Shown here: positions 36,039 through 45,326 of the stretch, piece by piece
Layout of the letters: the number at the start of each line of letters is the position of its first letter
How positions within the stretch are numbered: the first letter of the stretch is position 1
Assembly: GCA_034434635.1 (NCBI GenBank)
Contig: DAOTYX010000079.1
Span: 16,212-80,211 of the forward strand
Direction of reading: 5' to 3'
Origin: Anaerolineae bacterium
GTDB taxonomy: Bacteria > Chloroflexota > Anaerolineae > B4-G1 > DUEL01
Length of the DNA: 64,000 bases
Notes under the pieces: generated by a model
Told to the model about the DNA's origin: nothing
Seen by the model: only the letters and a program-made list of their open reading frames with translations
The model's database searches: none
Made by a program: the position numbers and the translations under genes

Positions 36039-36120
36039 CCTGAACGGTTGGTGCGTCCATTCGATGACGGAGAGCCCCTTCGTCCGCAAAGGCGAGGGGG
36101 TTCTTGCTAGGAGTCATCCC

Positions 36121-36879
36121 ATGCCCTCCCTCTGGCTCAGCGCCCGACGGACGCTGAACATCGCCCATCGGGGCGCCAGCGCCGTTGCCCCCGCCAATAC
36201 CCTGCCCGCCTTCGAGCAGGCTGCCGCTCTGGGCGCCGATGGGGCGGAACTGGACGCTCACCTCTCCGCCGACGGCGCGGTGGTGGTGATCCACGACTGG
36301 ACGGTGGAGACCACAACCAACGGCGTCGGGCGGGTGGCTGACCTGCCCCTGGCGGCGCTCAAGGAACTGGACGCCGGTTCCTGGTTCGACCCGGCCTTTG
36401 CCGGCACGCCCATCCCCACGCTGGAAGAGGTCTTCGCTGCGGTGGGCCGGCGGCTGCTGCTCAACGTCGAACTCAAAGTTCCCCCCGGCGACGACCGCGG
36501 CCTGGAGGCCGCAGTGGTGGCCCTGGTCGAACGGCACGGCCTGGCCGAGCGGGTTTTCATCTCCTCGTTCAACCCCGATGCGCTGCGTCGCACCCGTCGT
36601 CTGGCCCCCCATCTGCCGCTGGGCTTCCTCTATGACCCCCTGCCGGCTTCCTGGGGAGCGCGGCTGCGCGCGGCAGGGATGCGCGACCTGCGGCCGGAGG
36701 CGCTCAATCCCTACTGGCGGCTCATCCGCCCGGCGCTGGTGCGCCGCGCCCACGCCCGTGGGCAGCGGGTGGTCGCCTGGACGGTGGACGACCCACAGGC
36801 GATGCGTCGCCTGATCGGTTGGGGGGTGGACGCTGTCATCACCAACCGGCCGGATCTCTTCCCGCGGAGTGACGGATGA
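36121..36879 (+). CDS. Glycerophosphodiester phosphodiesterase (GDPD family)
   Basis: LNIAHRGASAVAPANTLPAFEQA… and ELDAHLSADGAVVVIHDWTV match the GDPD catalytic His/Arg and metal-binding pattern. The start is taken at MPSLWL with an AGGAG RBS. The ORF track starts at 36064. Confidence 0.75.
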   Translation: MPSLWLSARRTLNIAHRGASAVAPANTLPAFEQAAALGADGAELDAHLSADGAVVVIHDWTVETTTNGVGRVADLPLAALKELDAGSWFDPAFAGTPIPTLEEVFAAVGRRLLLNVELKVPPGDDRGLEAAVVALVERHGLAERVFISSFNPDALRRTRRLAPHLPLGFLYDPLPASWGARLRAAGMRDLRPEALNPYWRLIRPALVRRAHARGQRVVAWTVDDPQAMRRLIGWGVDAVITNRPDLFPRSDG

Positions 36880-37790
36880 ACGAATCACGGAAGGCGAAGA
36901 TCATCCTCAACCCCTATGCTGGCCGCTGGAAGGCGCAGCGGGCTATCCCCGATGTCGAGCGGGCCTGCCGGGAGGTGGGGCTGGACTATGAACTGGCGCT
37001 CACGACCGGCCCCGACCATGGCATCGAACTGGCGCGTCAGGCGGTGTTGGAGGGCTACAGCCCGATCATCTCCGCCGGCGGCGACGGCTCGATCAGCGAG
37101 GTGGTCAATGGCATGCTCGAGGCCAGCGGCGGTGAGTGCCCGCCGGTACCGCTGGGGATCATCCCCCTCGGTTCCGCCGACGACCTGGCCGATATGCTGG
37201 GGCTGCCCAAGGAGCCGCTCGCGGCCTGTCGGGTCATCGTCGCCGGCCGCGAACGGCGGCTCGACCTGGGACGGGTCAATGGCCGTTACTTCGACAACAA
37301 CTCCGCTGTGGGCCTGGAGCCGATGGTCACCATCACCCAGCAGGAGATGGTGCGGGTGAAGGGCACCCCCCGCTACATCCTGGCGGCGGTCAAGACCATT
37401 CTCGCCCACCGCCCCTGGCGGATGCGCCTGGAGTGGGACGGCGGGGAGCACGAGGGGCCAACGGCGCTGGTCTCGGTGGGCAATACCCGCCGCACCGGCG
37501 GCGCGTTCTTCATGACCCCCCGCGCGGAGCCGGACGACGGCCTGCTGGACTTCGTCTTCGCCAGGGGGATGGGCCGGCTGAGGCTGCTGCGCCTGCTGCC
37601 CACCACCTTCGACGGCAGCCACGTCGAGCAGCCGGAGGTGCGCTATGAGCGCACCACCCGCCTGACCATCACCTGCGACCCGCCCACGCCCATCCAGGCG
37701 GATGGGGAACTCTTCGAGCGGGCCGCCACACGCGTTACCTATGAGGTGCTGCCCGCCCGGCTGCGCGTCCTCGTGCCGGCGGCAGGCTAG
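36876..37790 (+). CDS. Diacylglycerol kinase-family lipid kinase (YegS/DagK-like)
   Basis: DAGK_cat features: KIILNPYAGRW…, SAGGDGSISEVVNG and GSADDLA. Its ATGA overlaps the upstream gene. Confidence 0.75.
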   Translation: MNESRKAKIILNPYAGRWKAQRAIPDVERACREVGLDYELALTTGPDHGIELARQAVLEGYSPIISAGGDGSISEVVNGMLEASGGECPPVPLGIIPLGSADDLADMLGLPKEPLAACRVIVAGRERRLDLGRVNGRYFDNNSAVGLEPMVTITQQEMVRVKGTPRYILAAVKTILAHRPWRMRLEWDGGEHEGPTALVSVGNTRRTGGAFFMTPRAEPDDGLLDFVFARGMGRLRLLRLLPTTFDGSHVEQPEVRYERTTRLTITCDPPTPIQADGELFERAATRVTYEVLPARLRVLVPAAG

Positions 37791-37832
37791 CCAAAGGACA
37801 ATCCCTATCCCATCTGGAGCAACCCTCGGACT

Positions 37833-40253
37833 ATGCGTATAGAACGTCGTCAACTCCTGGGCATCTTTCTGGTCAGCCTGAGCGCGCTCACCCTGGAAGT
37901 CGTGCTCACGCGCATCTTCTCCGTGACGATGTGGTACCACTTCGCCTTTCTCGCCGTCTCCCTGGCGTTGATGGGCAGCGCCGTGGCCGGAGTGGTGCTC
38001 TACTTTCTCCCCGCCGTCGCTCGACCGGAGAACGCCCGCCGATGGATCGGGCTGGCGGCCCTGGGGCTGGCCCTGGCGGTGCCACTGGCGTTCCTCATCT
38101 ATCTGCGCATCCCGTTTCAGGTGACCCTCAACCGCACCGGCCTCTCGTGGCTGCAGGCGTTCTGGCTGGCGCTGATCTACCTCGACCTGATGGTGCCCTT
38201 CTTCCTCTCCGGCTTTACGCTCTCGCTGGCCCTCTCCGCCTGGGCGGAGCAGGCCGGACGGGTCTACTGGGCCGATTTGAGCGGGGCAGCGCTGGGTTGC
38301 CTCTTCAGCATCGTCGCGCTGGAGAGGTTGGGCGGCGCGGGGGCCGTGCTGGCAGTGGGCGCCGTGGCCGCGCTGGCCGGTCTGGTGTTGGCGAGCGAAC
38401 GGCGGCGCCGCCTCATCGCTGCGCTCACGCTGCTCACCTTGGCAGTGCTGGTGTGGGGCACCGTCCAGCAGGGCTGGGTGGACATCTCGGTCAACAAGGC
38501 GGGTGGAGAGGAACCGCCGCGTGTTTACGAACACTGGAACTCCTACTCGCGGGTCACGGTCTACCCCGCGGTGGGCTGGCCGCACTTCTGGGGGTTGAGT
38601 TCCCGCTACGAGGGCCCGTCGCTGGGCCACATGCTGATGCTGATTGACGCCATCGCCGGCACGCCGATCCAGGAGTTCCACGGCGACTTCAGTCAGGTGG
38701 CCTTCCTGGAGTACGACCTGCCCTCGTTCGTGTATCGGCTGACCGATCAGCCGGATGTGCTGGTCATCGGCCCCGGCGGGGGCCGAGATGTGCTGGCGGC
38801 GCTGGCGGCAGGGGCCACCCACGTCACGGCGGTGGAGGTCAATCCGGCGGTCATCGCTGCCGTGCGCGGCCCCTTCGCCGAGTACGCCGGTTACCTCTAC
38901 GAGCGGCCGGACGTGACGGTGATCATCAACGACGCCCGCGGCACCATCGCCCGCAGCCCGCAGCGGTACGACGTCATCCAGGCCTCGCTGATTGATACCT
39001 GGGCGGCGGGCGGGTCGGGTGCGTTCGCCCTGTCGGAAAACAGCCTCTACACCGTCGAGGCTTTCGAGGACTACTTCCGCCACCTCAGCGACGACGGCAT
39101 CCTGACCATCTCCCGCTGGTACCTGCCGCAACGCCCGGCGGAGACGCTGCGGCTGCTCTCCACCGGCCTGGCGGCGCTGGAGCGGATGGGGGTGAACGAC
39201 CCCGCAAGGTGCGTGGCGGTGATCAGCCTGCCCGCGCCGCAGATCTCCACCGAGGGGCTGGCGACGGCGCTCTTCCGGCGCACGCCGTTTTCCGACGAGG
39301 AACTGGCCGGCATCCGCCAGGAGGCGGAGGCGTTGGACTTCGCCATCCTCTGGCTGCCGGGGCAGCCGCCGGTTGATGAGGTGGGCGCGCTGATGACCGC
39401 TCCCGACCGCGCCGCCTTCATCGCCGCTTACCCGCTGGACATCTCCCCGGCGACCGACGACCGGCCGTTCTTCTTCAACCTGGTGCGCTTTGGCGATCTG
39501 CTCGACCCGGCGCTCAGCGCCAGCGGGGTCTACCGCACCAGCATGGAGGCCATCCTCATTCTGGCTGTGGTGTTGGGGATCACCACGCTGATCGGGGCGC
39601 TGTTCGTCCTCCTGCCGCTGGCACTGGGGGCGAAACGGCGCGGGTTGGCGCGGCCTCCAGCGCGGCTGCTGGCTTACTTCGGCCTGCTGGGGGTGGGCTT
39701 CATGCTCGTGGAGATGCCCACTATCCAGCGGCTCACCATCTACCTGGGCCGGCCGGTCTACAGCCTGGCGATGGTGCTCTTCTCACTGTTGCTGTTCAGC
39801 GGGCTGGGCAGCCTGTGGAGCGGACGGCGCACCGAAGAGGGCCTGCCCCGTCGGCTGGCCTGGCTCTTCGGGTTGCTGGCGGCGCTGACGGCGTTGCAGG
39901 CACTGGGCGGACCGTGGCTGCTCCAACAGACAGAGGGCTGGCCCCTCGCCGCCCGCCTGGGGATGACGGTGGGGCTGCTGGCCCCGTTGGGCTTCCTGAT
40001 GGGGATGCCTTTCCCCTCCGGGATACGCTGGGCGGGCGTCCATCGGCCCGGGGTGGTGCCGTGGCTGTGGGGCATCAACGGCGTCACCTCGGTGCTCGGC
40101 TCGGCGCTGGGCATCGCCCTGGCCATCCACGTCGGCTTCCGCGCCGTGCTGATCATCGCTGCCCTGTTGTACGGGCTGGCAGGGGCGCTGATCGTGCAGG
40201 AAGTGCGTTGCGGGACCACCGACGACAGACCGCTGACCACGCCGTGCAGATGA
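37833..40253 (+). CDS. Polytopic membrane protein with spermidine-synthase-like (aminopropyltransferase/methyltransferase fold) domain
   Basis: ~7 N-terminal TM helices. A central LVIGPGGGRDVLAALAAGATHVTAVEVNPAVIA…DVIQASLIDTW matches the spermidine synthase fold. More TM helices follow at the C-terminus. Confidence 0.6.
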   Translation: MRIERRQLLGIFLVSLSALTLEVVLTRIFSVTMWYHFAFLAVSLALMGSAVAGVVLYFLPAVARPENARRWIGLAALGLALAVPLAFLIYLRIPFQVTLNRTGLSWLQAFWLALIYLDLMVPFFLSGFTLSLALSAWAEQAGRVYWADLSGAALGCLFSIVALERLGGAGAVLAVGAVAALAGLVLASERRRRLIAALTLLTLAVLVWGTVQQGWVDISVNKAGGEEPPRVYEHWNSYSRVTVYPAVGWPHFWGLSSRYEGPSLGHMLMLIDAIAGTPIQEFHGDFSQVAFLEYDLPSFVYRLTDQPDVLVIGPGGGRDVLAALAAGATHVTAVEVNPAVIAAVRGPFAEYAGYLYERPDVTVIINDARGTIARSPQRYDVIQASLIDTWAAGGSGAFALSENSLYTVEAFEDYFRHLSDDGILTISRWYLPQRPAETLRLLSTGLAALERMGVNDPARCVAVISLPAPQISTEGLATALFRRTPFSDEELAGIRQEAEALDFAILWLPGQPPVDEVGALMTAPDRAAFIAAYPLDISPATDDRPFFFNLVRFGDLLDPALSASGVYRTSMEAILILAVVLGITTLIGALFVLLPLALGAKRRGLARPPARLLAYFGLLGVGFMLVEMPTIQRLTIYLGRPVYSLAMVLFSLLLFSGLGSLWSGRRTEEGLPRRLAWLFGLLAALTALQALGGPWLLQQTEGWPLAARLGMTVGLLAPLGFLMGMPFPSGIRWAGVHRPGVVPWLWGINGVTSVLGSALGIALAIHVGFRAVLIIAALLYGLAGALIVQEVRCGTTDDRPLTTPCR

Positions 40254-41299
40254 GTGAGAGGCAACAACCCTTGCGCGTCGTCGCTTACCATGACCCCGCC
40301 GCCTTCGACTACCTGGCGGAGGAGTGGAGCAGTCTGTTGCATCGCTCCGCCGCCGACAGCCCCTTCCTCTCCCCCGCCTATCTGCACGCCTGGTGGCGCC
40401 ATCTGGGCGAAGGAGAACTGCTCCTGCTGACCGCCCGTGCGGACACCGCACTGGTCGGCGTGGCCCCGCTCTTCGCGGTCGAGCGGGCCGGCGCTGGCTC
40501 GCTCTTGCGCGTCGTCGGCTGCGAGGAGGTATCCGACTACCTGGACTGGATCGCCGCGCCAGGACAGGAGGAAGCGGTGCTGGAGGCATTGCTGGCATTC
40601 CTGGCCAGCCCCATGGCGCCGCCGTGGACGACGCTGGTGCTGTGCAACGTCCACCACGACTCCCCCACCCTGCGCCTGTTGCCCGCGCAGGCCGCCGCGC
40701 GCGGCTGGCCGGTGGCGACGGAGGTACAGGAGGTCTGCCCGGTGGTGACCCTGCCGGCCACCTGGGAGGAGTACCTGGCCGCGCTGGACAGCAAGGACCG
40801 TCACGAACTGCGCCGCAAACTGCGCCGGGCGGAGGCCGCCGAAGGGCTGCACTGGTACCTGGTGGGGCCGGAAGATGACCTGGACACAGCGGCGGAGGAC
40901 TTCCTGACGTTGATGGCACGCAGTTCACCCGCCAAGGCAGCCTTCCTCACCCCGCCGATGCGCGCCTTCTTCCACGAACTGACCCGCGTCGCCGCGGCCA
41001 ACGGCTGGCTGCAACTGGCTTTCCTGGAACTGGACGGGCGTCCGCTGGCCGCTTACTTCAACTTCGTCTACAACAACCGCGTGCTGGTCTACAACTCCGG
41101 GCTCGACTGGCAGGCGGACCCCGGCCTGGGCGCGGGCATCGTCCTCACCGCCTTCCTTATCCGCCATGCTATCGAGGAGGGGCGCCAGGCCTACGACTTC
41201 CTGCGCGGCAGGGAGGCATACAAGTACCGCTTCGGCGGCCAGGACGTGCCGGTACACCGCATCACGATCACGGCTCAACCGGGCGGCACCCATACGTGA
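40250..41299 (+). CDS. GNAT-fold FemAB/BioF2-like acyl/aminoacyl-transferase family protein
   Basis: The ATG overlaps the upstream stop (ATGA). 349 aa with C-terminal AYFNFVYNNRVLVYNSGLDW…AYDFLRGREAYKYRFG typical of the Acetyltransf_6 (FemAB-like) family. Confidence 0.55.
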   Translation: MSERQQPLRVVAYHDPAAFDYLAEEWSSLLHRSAADSPFLSPAYLHAWWRHLGEGELLLLTARADTALVGVAPLFAVERAGAGSLLRVVGCEEVSDYLDWIAAPGQEEAVLEALLAFLASPMAPPWTTLVLCNVHHDSPTLRLLPAQAAARGWPVATEVQEVCPVVTLPATWEEYLAALDSKDRHELRRKLRRAEAAEGLHWYLVGPEDDLDTAAEDFLTLMARSSPAKAAFLTPPMRAFFHELTRVAAANGWLQLAFLELDGRPLAAYFNFVYNNRVLVYNSGLDWQADPGLGAGIVLTAFLIRHAIEEGRQAYDFLRGREAYKYRFGGQDVPVHRITITAQPGGTHT

Positions 41300-41436
41300 C
41301 GACAGACCACAGACCACAGACCACGGACCACGGATCACAGACCACAGACCATCAAGTACAGTTCGTCATCGTGGTCCGTCGTCCGTCGTCCGTGGTCCGT
41401 CGTCCGCGGCCCGTCGTCCGTCGTCCGTGGTCCATC
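41300..41436. repeat. Heptad-repeat palindrome: (CAGACCA/CGGACCA)x8 on the left arm, a 15-nt centre, and (TGGTCCG/TCGTCCG)x9 on the right arm
   Basis: Tandem 7-mers read directly. The arms are largely reverse-complementary, giving a potential ~55-bp imperfect stem. It is intergenic between the FemAB-like and PHP genes. ORFs 41296..41505 and 41166..41450 are artefacts of it. Confidence 0.7.
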
Positions 41437-41446
41437 ACAAAGGGGG

Positions 41447-42886
41447 ATGATGAGCGAGATCATACTGAGCGGCCATTTCGACCCCGCCGACCGGGCGAGG
41501 GATGAGTTTCCCCTCTGGCCCTTCACTGTGCCGTCGGGCGTGAGACGGCTGCACGTCGCCTACGAGTTCAGCGACCCGTTGAGCGCCGATAAGGCCGGCT
41601 ACGAGGAAGGAAACATCGTGGACATTGGGCTGTTCGACCCCCGCGGGGCGGAGTTCCTGCGCGGGCGCGGCTTCCGCGGCTGGAGCGGCACCGCCCGCCA
41701 CCAGGTGACCATCGGTCCGACGGAAGCCACCCCTGGCTACCTGCCCGGCCCTATCCAGCCTGGCACCTGGCATGTGCTGCTGGGCCTGTATCAACTGGCC
41801 CCGCAGGGGTGCGATGTCCGCGTGACGATCCGCTTTGAGCCGGCTGAGCCTGGCGATACCGCCCCTCTGGCGGTGCCACTGCCCTGCCCGTTCGATCATG
41901 CGCCGCTGGCCACCGGACCGCGCTGGTTCCGCGGCGACCTGCACGCCCACAGCCATCACTCCGACGGCACCGCGCCGTTGGAGGACCTGGTCGCAGCGGC
42001 GCAGGCGCAGGGGCTGGACTTCGTGGCTATCACGGAGCATAACACCGTCAGTCACCTGCCGCTTCTCCGGGGGTTGGCCGGGGGAACCCGCCCCCTGCTG
42101 ATCCCCGGTGTGGAGGTCTCCACCTACCACGGCCACGCCAACGTCTGGCCGATCAGCGACTGGCTGGATTTCCGGTGCAGCAACGACGAGGGGATGGCCG
42201 CCGTGCGTGAGCGGGCGCGAGAGCACGGAGCGCTCTTTTCGGTCAATCATCCGAAGGAGGGCGGCCCAGATTGGGAGTTCGGTTCCTGCTTCGACCCCGA
42301 TTGTATCGAGGTGTGGGGCGCGCCGTGGTTCATCTCCAACTACCAGTCGCTGGCAGTGTGGGACCGACTGCTGCGACAGGGGCGGCGAATCACGGCAGTG
42401 GGCGGTTCGGACAAGCACCAGGCGCCGTTCACCGGCGCGCTGGGCTGGTACGAACTGGGCACCCCTACCACATGGGTCTGGGCCGATGAACTCTCCATCC
42501 CGGCACTCGTCGCCGGACTGCGCTCGGGCCGGGCATTCATCTCCGCCGGACCGGGCGGTCCGCGGGTGGAACTGACCGCCGAAGCGAACGGGCGACAGGC
42601 AGAGATGGGCGACTGCCTGGCTGTCACGCCGGGCACGTCCGTCCGCCTGACCTGCCGCGTGGCCGGGGCCAACGGCTGCCTGCTGCGCCTGGTCTCCGCC
42701 CGGCGGGCGCTGGAAGCGTCAGTGAACAGCAACGACTTCGTGCAGGAGTGGACGGTTGAGCCGGCAGGCGACCTCTACTTCCGCGTCGAGGTCATTGACC
42801 CGCCCGAGGCGCCGTTGGACGAGGAGCCCTCGGCGCTGATGGCCCAGGCGCTCAGCAACCCGATCTATCTGGACGACGGAAGATGA
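41447..42886 (+). CDS. PHP-domain metallo-phosphoesterase (CehA/McbA family)
   Basis: GDLHAHSHHSDGT and AITEHN match PHP domain metal-binding His clusters. RBS AAGGGGGA. Confidence 0.7.
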   Translation: MMSEIILSGHFDPADRARDEFPLWPFTVPSGVRRLHVAYEFSDPLSADKAGYEEGNIVDIGLFDPRGAEFLRGRGFRGWSGTARHQVTIGPTEATPGYLPGPIQPGTWHVLLGLYQLAPQGCDVRVTIRFEPAEPGDTAPLAVPLPCPFDHAPLATGPRWFRGDLHAHSHHSDGTAPLEDLVAAAQAQGLDFVAITEHNTVSHLPLLRGLAGGTRPLLIPGVEVSTYHGHANVWPISDWLDFRCSNDEGMAAVRERAREHGALFSVNHPKEGGPDWEFGSCFDPDCIEVWGAPWFISNYQSLAVWDRLLRQGRRITAVGGSDKHQAPFTGALGWYELGTPTTWVWADELSIPALVAGLRSGRAFISAGPGGPRVELTAEANGRQAEMGDCLAVTPGTSVRLTCRVAGANGCLLRLVSARRALEASVNSNDFVQEWTVEPAGDLYFRVEVIDPPEAPLDEEPSALMAQALSNPIYLDDGR

Positions 42887-43170
42887 TGGTTGTGGGCGTC
42901 TGTCAGGTTGAACTGCACCTGCCAGGCAACCGCTCGCTCAAGGAGAAGCGCGGCCTGCTGAAGCCACTCCTCAACCGCCTGCGCCGCCAGTTCAACCTGG
43001 CCGTTGCCGAGGTGGAACTCAACGATGCCTGGCAGTCGGCCATGATCGGCATGGCAGCGATCTCCAATGATGCCGACCACACCCGCAACATCCTTGAGCA
43101 GGCAGTGCGCTGGATCGAGTCCCAGTGCCCCGAGGTGCAGGTGGTGGACTGGGAGGTTGAACTTTACTAG
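42883..43170 (+). CDS. DUF503 family protein
   Basis: The 95-aa MMVVGVCQVELHLPGNRSLKEKRGLLKPLLNRLRRQFNLAVAEV matches the DUF503 pattern. Its ATGA overlaps the PHP gene. Confidence 0.6.
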   Translation: MMVVGVCQVELHLPGNRSLKEKRGLLKPLLNRLRRQFNLAVAEVELNDAWQSAMIGMAAISNDADHTRNILEQAVRWIESQCPEVQVVDWEVELY

Positions 43171-43967
43171 GGCGCAAGCCGCTGCCAGAACCGCTCGGCG
43201 TGTGAGGCGGCTGTGCCGACGGCCACACTGGCGGTGTACTCTTCCATCACCCGCCTCATGTTCGCCTCGTCGCCAAAAAGGGAGACGATCTGCGAGCGGT
43301 AGAGGAGCGTGGTCTCTATCTTTGCCGTCAGGTCAATGGCCACGGTCTCGGCAAGCCACTCTCCACCGAGGCGAGCCTGCGCCGCCGTCACCGAGTCGGG
43401 ATCGTGCTGAGGGGCCAGACCCGCGGCGTACGGGAAGTCTTCGTAGAAACACAGCCGGGGCGTTCCCTCCAGAGAAAGGCGAAGCGCGGCGGCATTGACC
43501 AGTTGATGGTCCACGTGATGCCCCACGGCCAGCGGGGCGTAGAGGATTGTCAGCCCCAGGCCGTACAGCAGGGGCTTCAGGAAGGCGACCATCTGCTCGA
43601 CCAGCGGTTCGTCCAGTGGGCTGGGCGGGCCAAAGAGGGCGTAGAGGTCGCCATAGGGCGGCGCGGCAGGGTCGCCCCGGTAGATGGCGTCCAGAAAGCC
43701 GAGGTGGACATAGGAGACCCCCAGCCGGCGCATCACCGCGCGGTCCTCCGCCCGACGCACGGCGACAGGGGCAGGCGGGTCCCCCCACAGTTGATGCAGG
43801 ATGCGGGCGAAGGGAGAGAGGCGCTCCAGATCCGGGTCCCCGGCGAACACGGTGACGACCAGCACCTCATCTCCCGCAGCGGCCTGTTGGGCAACGTTTC
43901 CCGCGCACGACAGCACCACGTCGTCGAGATGGGGCGAGAGATAGATGTGACGGGTATCCATAGGCAC
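43167..43967 (-). CDS. PIG-L family deacetylase (second copy)
   Basis: N-terminus IYLSPHLDDVVLSCAGNV plus VGHHVDHQ motifs. Confidence 0.7.
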   Translation of the reverse strand: MPMDTRHIYLSPHLDDVVLSCAGNVAQQAAAGDEVLVVTVFAGDPDLERLSPFARILHQLWGDPPAPVAVRRAEDRAVMRRLGVSYVHLGFLDAIYRGDPAAPPYGDLYALFGPPSPLDEPLVEQMVAFLKPLLYGLGLTILYAPLAVGHHVDHQLVNAAALRLSLEGTPRLCFYEDFPYAAGLAPQHDPDSVTAAQARLGGEWLAETVAIDLTAKIETTLLYRSQIVSLFGDEANMRRVMEEYTASVAVGTAASHAERFWQRLAP

Positions 43968-44105
43968 CTCCTGAGGATATTATCACCCGGAAGCGGAAAC
44001 AGCGCAACAGGAGACGCGGGGATAGGTTGACTTAAGGAGAAGGCGGGCTATAATCTGTCCGCCTGAACCGACCTTGCGAGAACGGTTCTGCAGGGAGCAA
44101 AAGCA

Positions 44106-45137
44106 ATGAAGGTGATTGACCTGCGCAGTGACACGGTAACGCACCCCACCCCGGCGATGCGCGAGGCGATGTATCGGGCAGAGGTGGGGGACGACGTCTT
44201 CGGCGAAGATCCCACGGTCAATCGGCTGGAGCGCATGGCCGCGGAGCGCCTGGGGAAGGAGGCGGCGCTGTTCGTCGCCAGCGGCACGATGGGCAACCTG
44301 ACAGCGATCCTCACCCACTGCGGCCGGGGAGATGAAGCGATCATCGGCGACCGCAGCCACACCTTCCTCTTCGAGCAGGGGGGGATGGCCTCGCTGGGCG
44401 GCGTGGTCCCGCATACGATACCGAACCAACCCGATGGCACGCTGCGCCTCGACGACATCCTCAGAGCCATCCGTGAGGACAACGTCCACCTGCCCCGCTC
44501 GCGGCTGGTCTGCCTGGAGAACACCCATAACATCTGCAACGGCACGCCGTTGACCGCTGACTACACCGCTGAGGTGGCCCGTCTGGCGCACGCCCACGGC
44601 CTGTCCCTGCACATAGACGGGGCGCGCATCTTCAACGCCGCGACAGCGCTGGGAGTGGACGTGCGGGACCTGGTGCGGGAGGCCGACTCGGTGATGTTCT
44701 GCCTTTCCAAGGGGCTGTGCGCGCCGGTGGGTTCGCTCCTCTGCGGCAGCGCTGACTTCATCGCCGAGGCGCGGCGGACGCGCAAGGTGCTCGGCGGTGG
44801 GATGCGTCAGGCGGGCGTGCTGGCGGCGGCGGGCATCGTCGCCCTGGAACAGATGACCGGGCGCCTGGCGGAGGACCATGCCCGCGCCCGTCGCCTGGCC
44901 GAAGGGCTGGCGCAGATCCCCGGCGTCAAGGTTGCCCCCGTACATACCAACATCCTCTACTTCTGGCTGGACGAGGCGCTCGGGCGCGAACCAGAGGAGG
45001 TGGTGGATGGGCTGGCACAGCGGGGCGTCCTGCTCTTGGGCCGGGAAGAGGGCCGCTTCCGCGCTGTCACTCACTACTGGATCAGCGATGCGGACATCGA
45101 GCAGGTCATCGCCGCGATGCGCCAGGTCGTGGCCTAG
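44106..45137 (+). CDS. ltaE: Low-specificity L-threonine aldolase
   Basis: DLRSDTVTHPTPAMREAM…GDDVFGEDPTVNRLE…ASGTMGNL matches the PLP-dependent threonine aldolase family. Confidence 0.8.
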   Translation: MKVIDLRSDTVTHPTPAMREAMYRAEVGDDVFGEDPTVNRLERMAAERLGKEAALFVASGTMGNLTAILTHCGRGDEAIIGDRSHTFLFEQGGMASLGGVVPHTIPNQPDGTLRLDDILRAIREDNVHLPRSRLVCLENTHNICNGTPLTADYTAEVARLAHAHGLSLHIDGARIFNAATALGVDVRDLVREADSVMFCLSKGLCAPVGSLLCGSADFIAEARRTRKVLGGGMRQAGVLAAAGIVALEQMTGRLAEDHARARRLAEGLAQIPGVKVAPVHTNILYFWLDEALGREPEEVVDGLAQRGVLLLGREEGRFRAVTHYWISDADIEQVIAAMRQVVA

Positions 45138-45235
45138 CGTCGGACTGACCTTCACGAACCGGGCAGAGAGTTCGAGCAATTCGTGTAATCCGTGGCCAAA
45201 GGAGCCGTTCTGGGCCGCCACCAGCGGATGCGCGG

Positions 45236-45274
45236 TTGCGCGAAACGGGCGACTGTTGTAAAATGCGCCCGTTT
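45236..45274 (+). promoter_or_regulatory. Candidate promoter TTGCGC–17 nt–TAAAAT for nuoB, overlapped by the palindrome AAACGGGCG-N14-CGCCCGTTT (45243..45274)
   Basis: Hexamers at 45236..45241 and 45259..45264. A 9-bp perfect inverted repeat spans the spacer and -10. Alternatively it is a terminator hairpin for ltaE followed by TTTCTG. Confidence 0.35.
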
Positions 45275-45326
45275 CTGAGCAGTGACGTTTTTCCGGTAAC
45301 ACCTTGCATAAGGAGGAAGCGACGAC

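Noticed and set aside
36064-36120. ORF-track start at 36064 for the GDPD gene
   Set aside because: That ATG lies 26 nt after the tRNA end and has no RBS. The ATG at 36121 has an AGGAG RBS and places the conserved LNIAHRG motif near the N-terminus, as in other GDPD enzymes.
41296-41505. 69-aa ORF MTTDHRPQTTDH…
   Set aside because: It is generated by reading through the heptad-repeat palindrome, so its apparent amino-acid repeats mirror the DNA repeats. The overlapping ORF 41166..41450 was rejected on the same grounds.
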